Assembly: GCA_000934665.2 (NCBI GenBank)
Contig: JYFJ02003834.1
Coordinates: 1-37,108, forward strand
Direction of reading: 5' to 3'
DNA: 37,108 nucleotides
Source of the DNA: Catajapyx aquilonaris
Taxonomy: Eukaryota
This document shows, piece by piece, positions 35,713 through 37,108 of this stretch (position 1 is its first letter; every line of letters begins with the position of its first letter). The notes beneath the pieces are model-generated. The model was not told the origin of the DNA, made no database searches, and saw nothing but the letters and a program-made list of their open reading frames with translations. Position numbers and translations under genes: made by a program.

Positions 35713-35841
35713 ATGTATGTACACCTCATTTCCTGAGTACTTGTCCGTAGGTGGCAGTAGTGGCAATTCTTCCTCCTCCTGTATGTGTGTGTGCGCTACT
35801 TCATGCTCTTGTTGACAGCTGAGAACATCATCATTGAACAC
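35713..35841 (-). CDS. G2E3/PHF7-like copy B, repeat-module exon 1
   Basis: acccttcag|...CAT|gtgagt, phase 0-0, 43 codons: VFNDDVLSCQQEHEVAHTHIQEEEELPLLPPTDKYSGNEVYIH. Confidence 0.7.
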
Positions 35842-35912
35842 CTGAAGGGTAAATTCAACAACCTTGTCAGGCAATGCCTCAAATGGACTTCATTTCCAGG
35901 AATTTTTGAAAC

Positions 35913-36156
35913 CTCAGTCATTGCAACTCCACTTCTGGTAGGTCTTTCAAGTATTGGGGAGACATACGAAATCTCATTATTTCTTGTATCAAGCCTCCTC
36001 TTTTTACTTGGAGTTTCAAGGGGTTCCTCAGCCTTCCTCTTGACAACTTCATGGCACTCAATGCAATACCATTCAGATTCGGGACTTGCAAGCTTTCCAC
36101 AGTCAACGTGTATTCCGGAAGAGCCACATGCGATGCATCGGACTATGGCCCATCGC
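35913..36156 (-). CDS. G2E3: G2E3/PHF7/pineapple eye-like gene copy B, last PHD-finger exon plus NLS-like segment (donor position uncertain)
   Basis: cgacag| RWAIVRCIACGSSGIHVDCGKLASPESEWYCIECHEVVKRK...PSKKRR matches the family motif W.I..C..CGS.G.H..C...W.C..C. The donor is tentatively GAG|gtttca. Without splicing the frame stops at 35796. Confidence 0.85.
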
Positions 36157-36534
36157 CTGTCGTATAAAGAAGTCATTGTGACCCAATATGATCTGTGATC
36201 ATATGTACACAATTATAATCACTGAACTAGAATTTCAACTCCTGTTTGTAAAAGTTCGTTAGTGGTTATATCACAATTGGTCAAAAATAGACACTCGTAA
36301 ACAATATTTCATGTAGGGTAAGGTGGGGTAGGTGTACAATCAAGGTAAATGCATCCCTAGTTCCTAACTGAGTTCGTGTGAAAGGTGTTGCCATGCCATT
36401 TGACGATTTGTCTACCTACAAGACAACATCAGCACCTGTAATCCCGCACAAGAAGGCAGGTCTAATTACATCATTTGTACCAAAATGGTTTGCTGGACAT
36501 GAATCCATACTCATCCACTTAAACAATATCCCAA

Positions 36535-36560
36535 AGACAACAACAACAGCAACAACAGAA

Positions 36561-36601
<41 letters not shown>

Positions 36602-36620
36602 CATCATCATCATCATCATC

Positions 36621-36651
<31 letters not shown>
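36535..36651. repeat. Compound microsatellite (ACA)n-(ATA)n-(TCA)n
   Basis: Directly visible. Possibly a retroposon tail. Confidence 0.9.
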
Positions 36652-37108
36652 GACATTTCCCTATGAGGGGTAGTCAGCGATGAAGGGAGACGCAAGCTAA
36701 CCCAACATATGAACTAAATTAAAACTTGTGAAAATACAGTAAAAGTCTAATCTTTTTTTGAAGCACAGAACTCTATATAGTCCGGACGTTAAGGGATTCA
36801 ACCGTGCATTTGGTGAAAAAAGCATGAAATTTGGTACAAATGTCCCTGAGAGCATACTCTTCAAATTCAGATATGGCGCCACGCCCGTTTTCTCCCAGGA
36901 GGCGGGTTGGCTACACTGAAGCGAGTGACAAGTCTTTTTCTGAGCGAACTATGCTTCCTAGGCGGATATGTGCCAAACAAATGTTGTGGGGAAACGCCTA
37001 TCCTACAAAAAGTATATAGTAACTTTTCCACGTACGGTCAGTATTTTCGGAGCTACAGCGACTTGAACCAAATTAAGGGACGAAAAAAAAGTCAACCGTG
37101 CATTGGTG

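Noticed and set aside
36775..37108. Start of another TIR element at the right edge
   Set aside because: It looks TE-like (CAACCGTGCATT repeated), but the other end lies outside the window, so it cannot be delimited.

Overview
Eukaryotic, intron-rich and transposon-dense animal DNA, probably from an insect or other arthropod. That assignment is inferred from the gene family, splice signals and SINE types. There is no prokaryotic system or CRISPR array. The minus strand carries parts of two tandem G2E3/PHF7/pineapple-eye-like PHD-finger genes. Copy A shows a putative non-coding first exon near 12.4 kb and four coding exons (11083 to 6407), and continues out of the left edge. Copy B shows its last PHD exon (36156) and at least five C-terminal exons ending at a stop at 20124, with no recognisable HECT domain. 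Copy B contains a ~42-aa module that appears to have arisen by exon duplication. Introns and intergenic DNA hold many non-autonomous DNA transposons (Tc1/mariner, hAT/P, piggyBac, Kolobok, Harbinger, Chapaev3, Sola-like), often nested or fold-back. They also hold at least five tRNA-derived SINE families. Four of these share a 3' stem-loop with compensatory changes, and one resembles vertebrate V-SINEs. Coordinates were read by eye. Family assignments rest on TIR/TSD rules and remembered motifs, not database searches.
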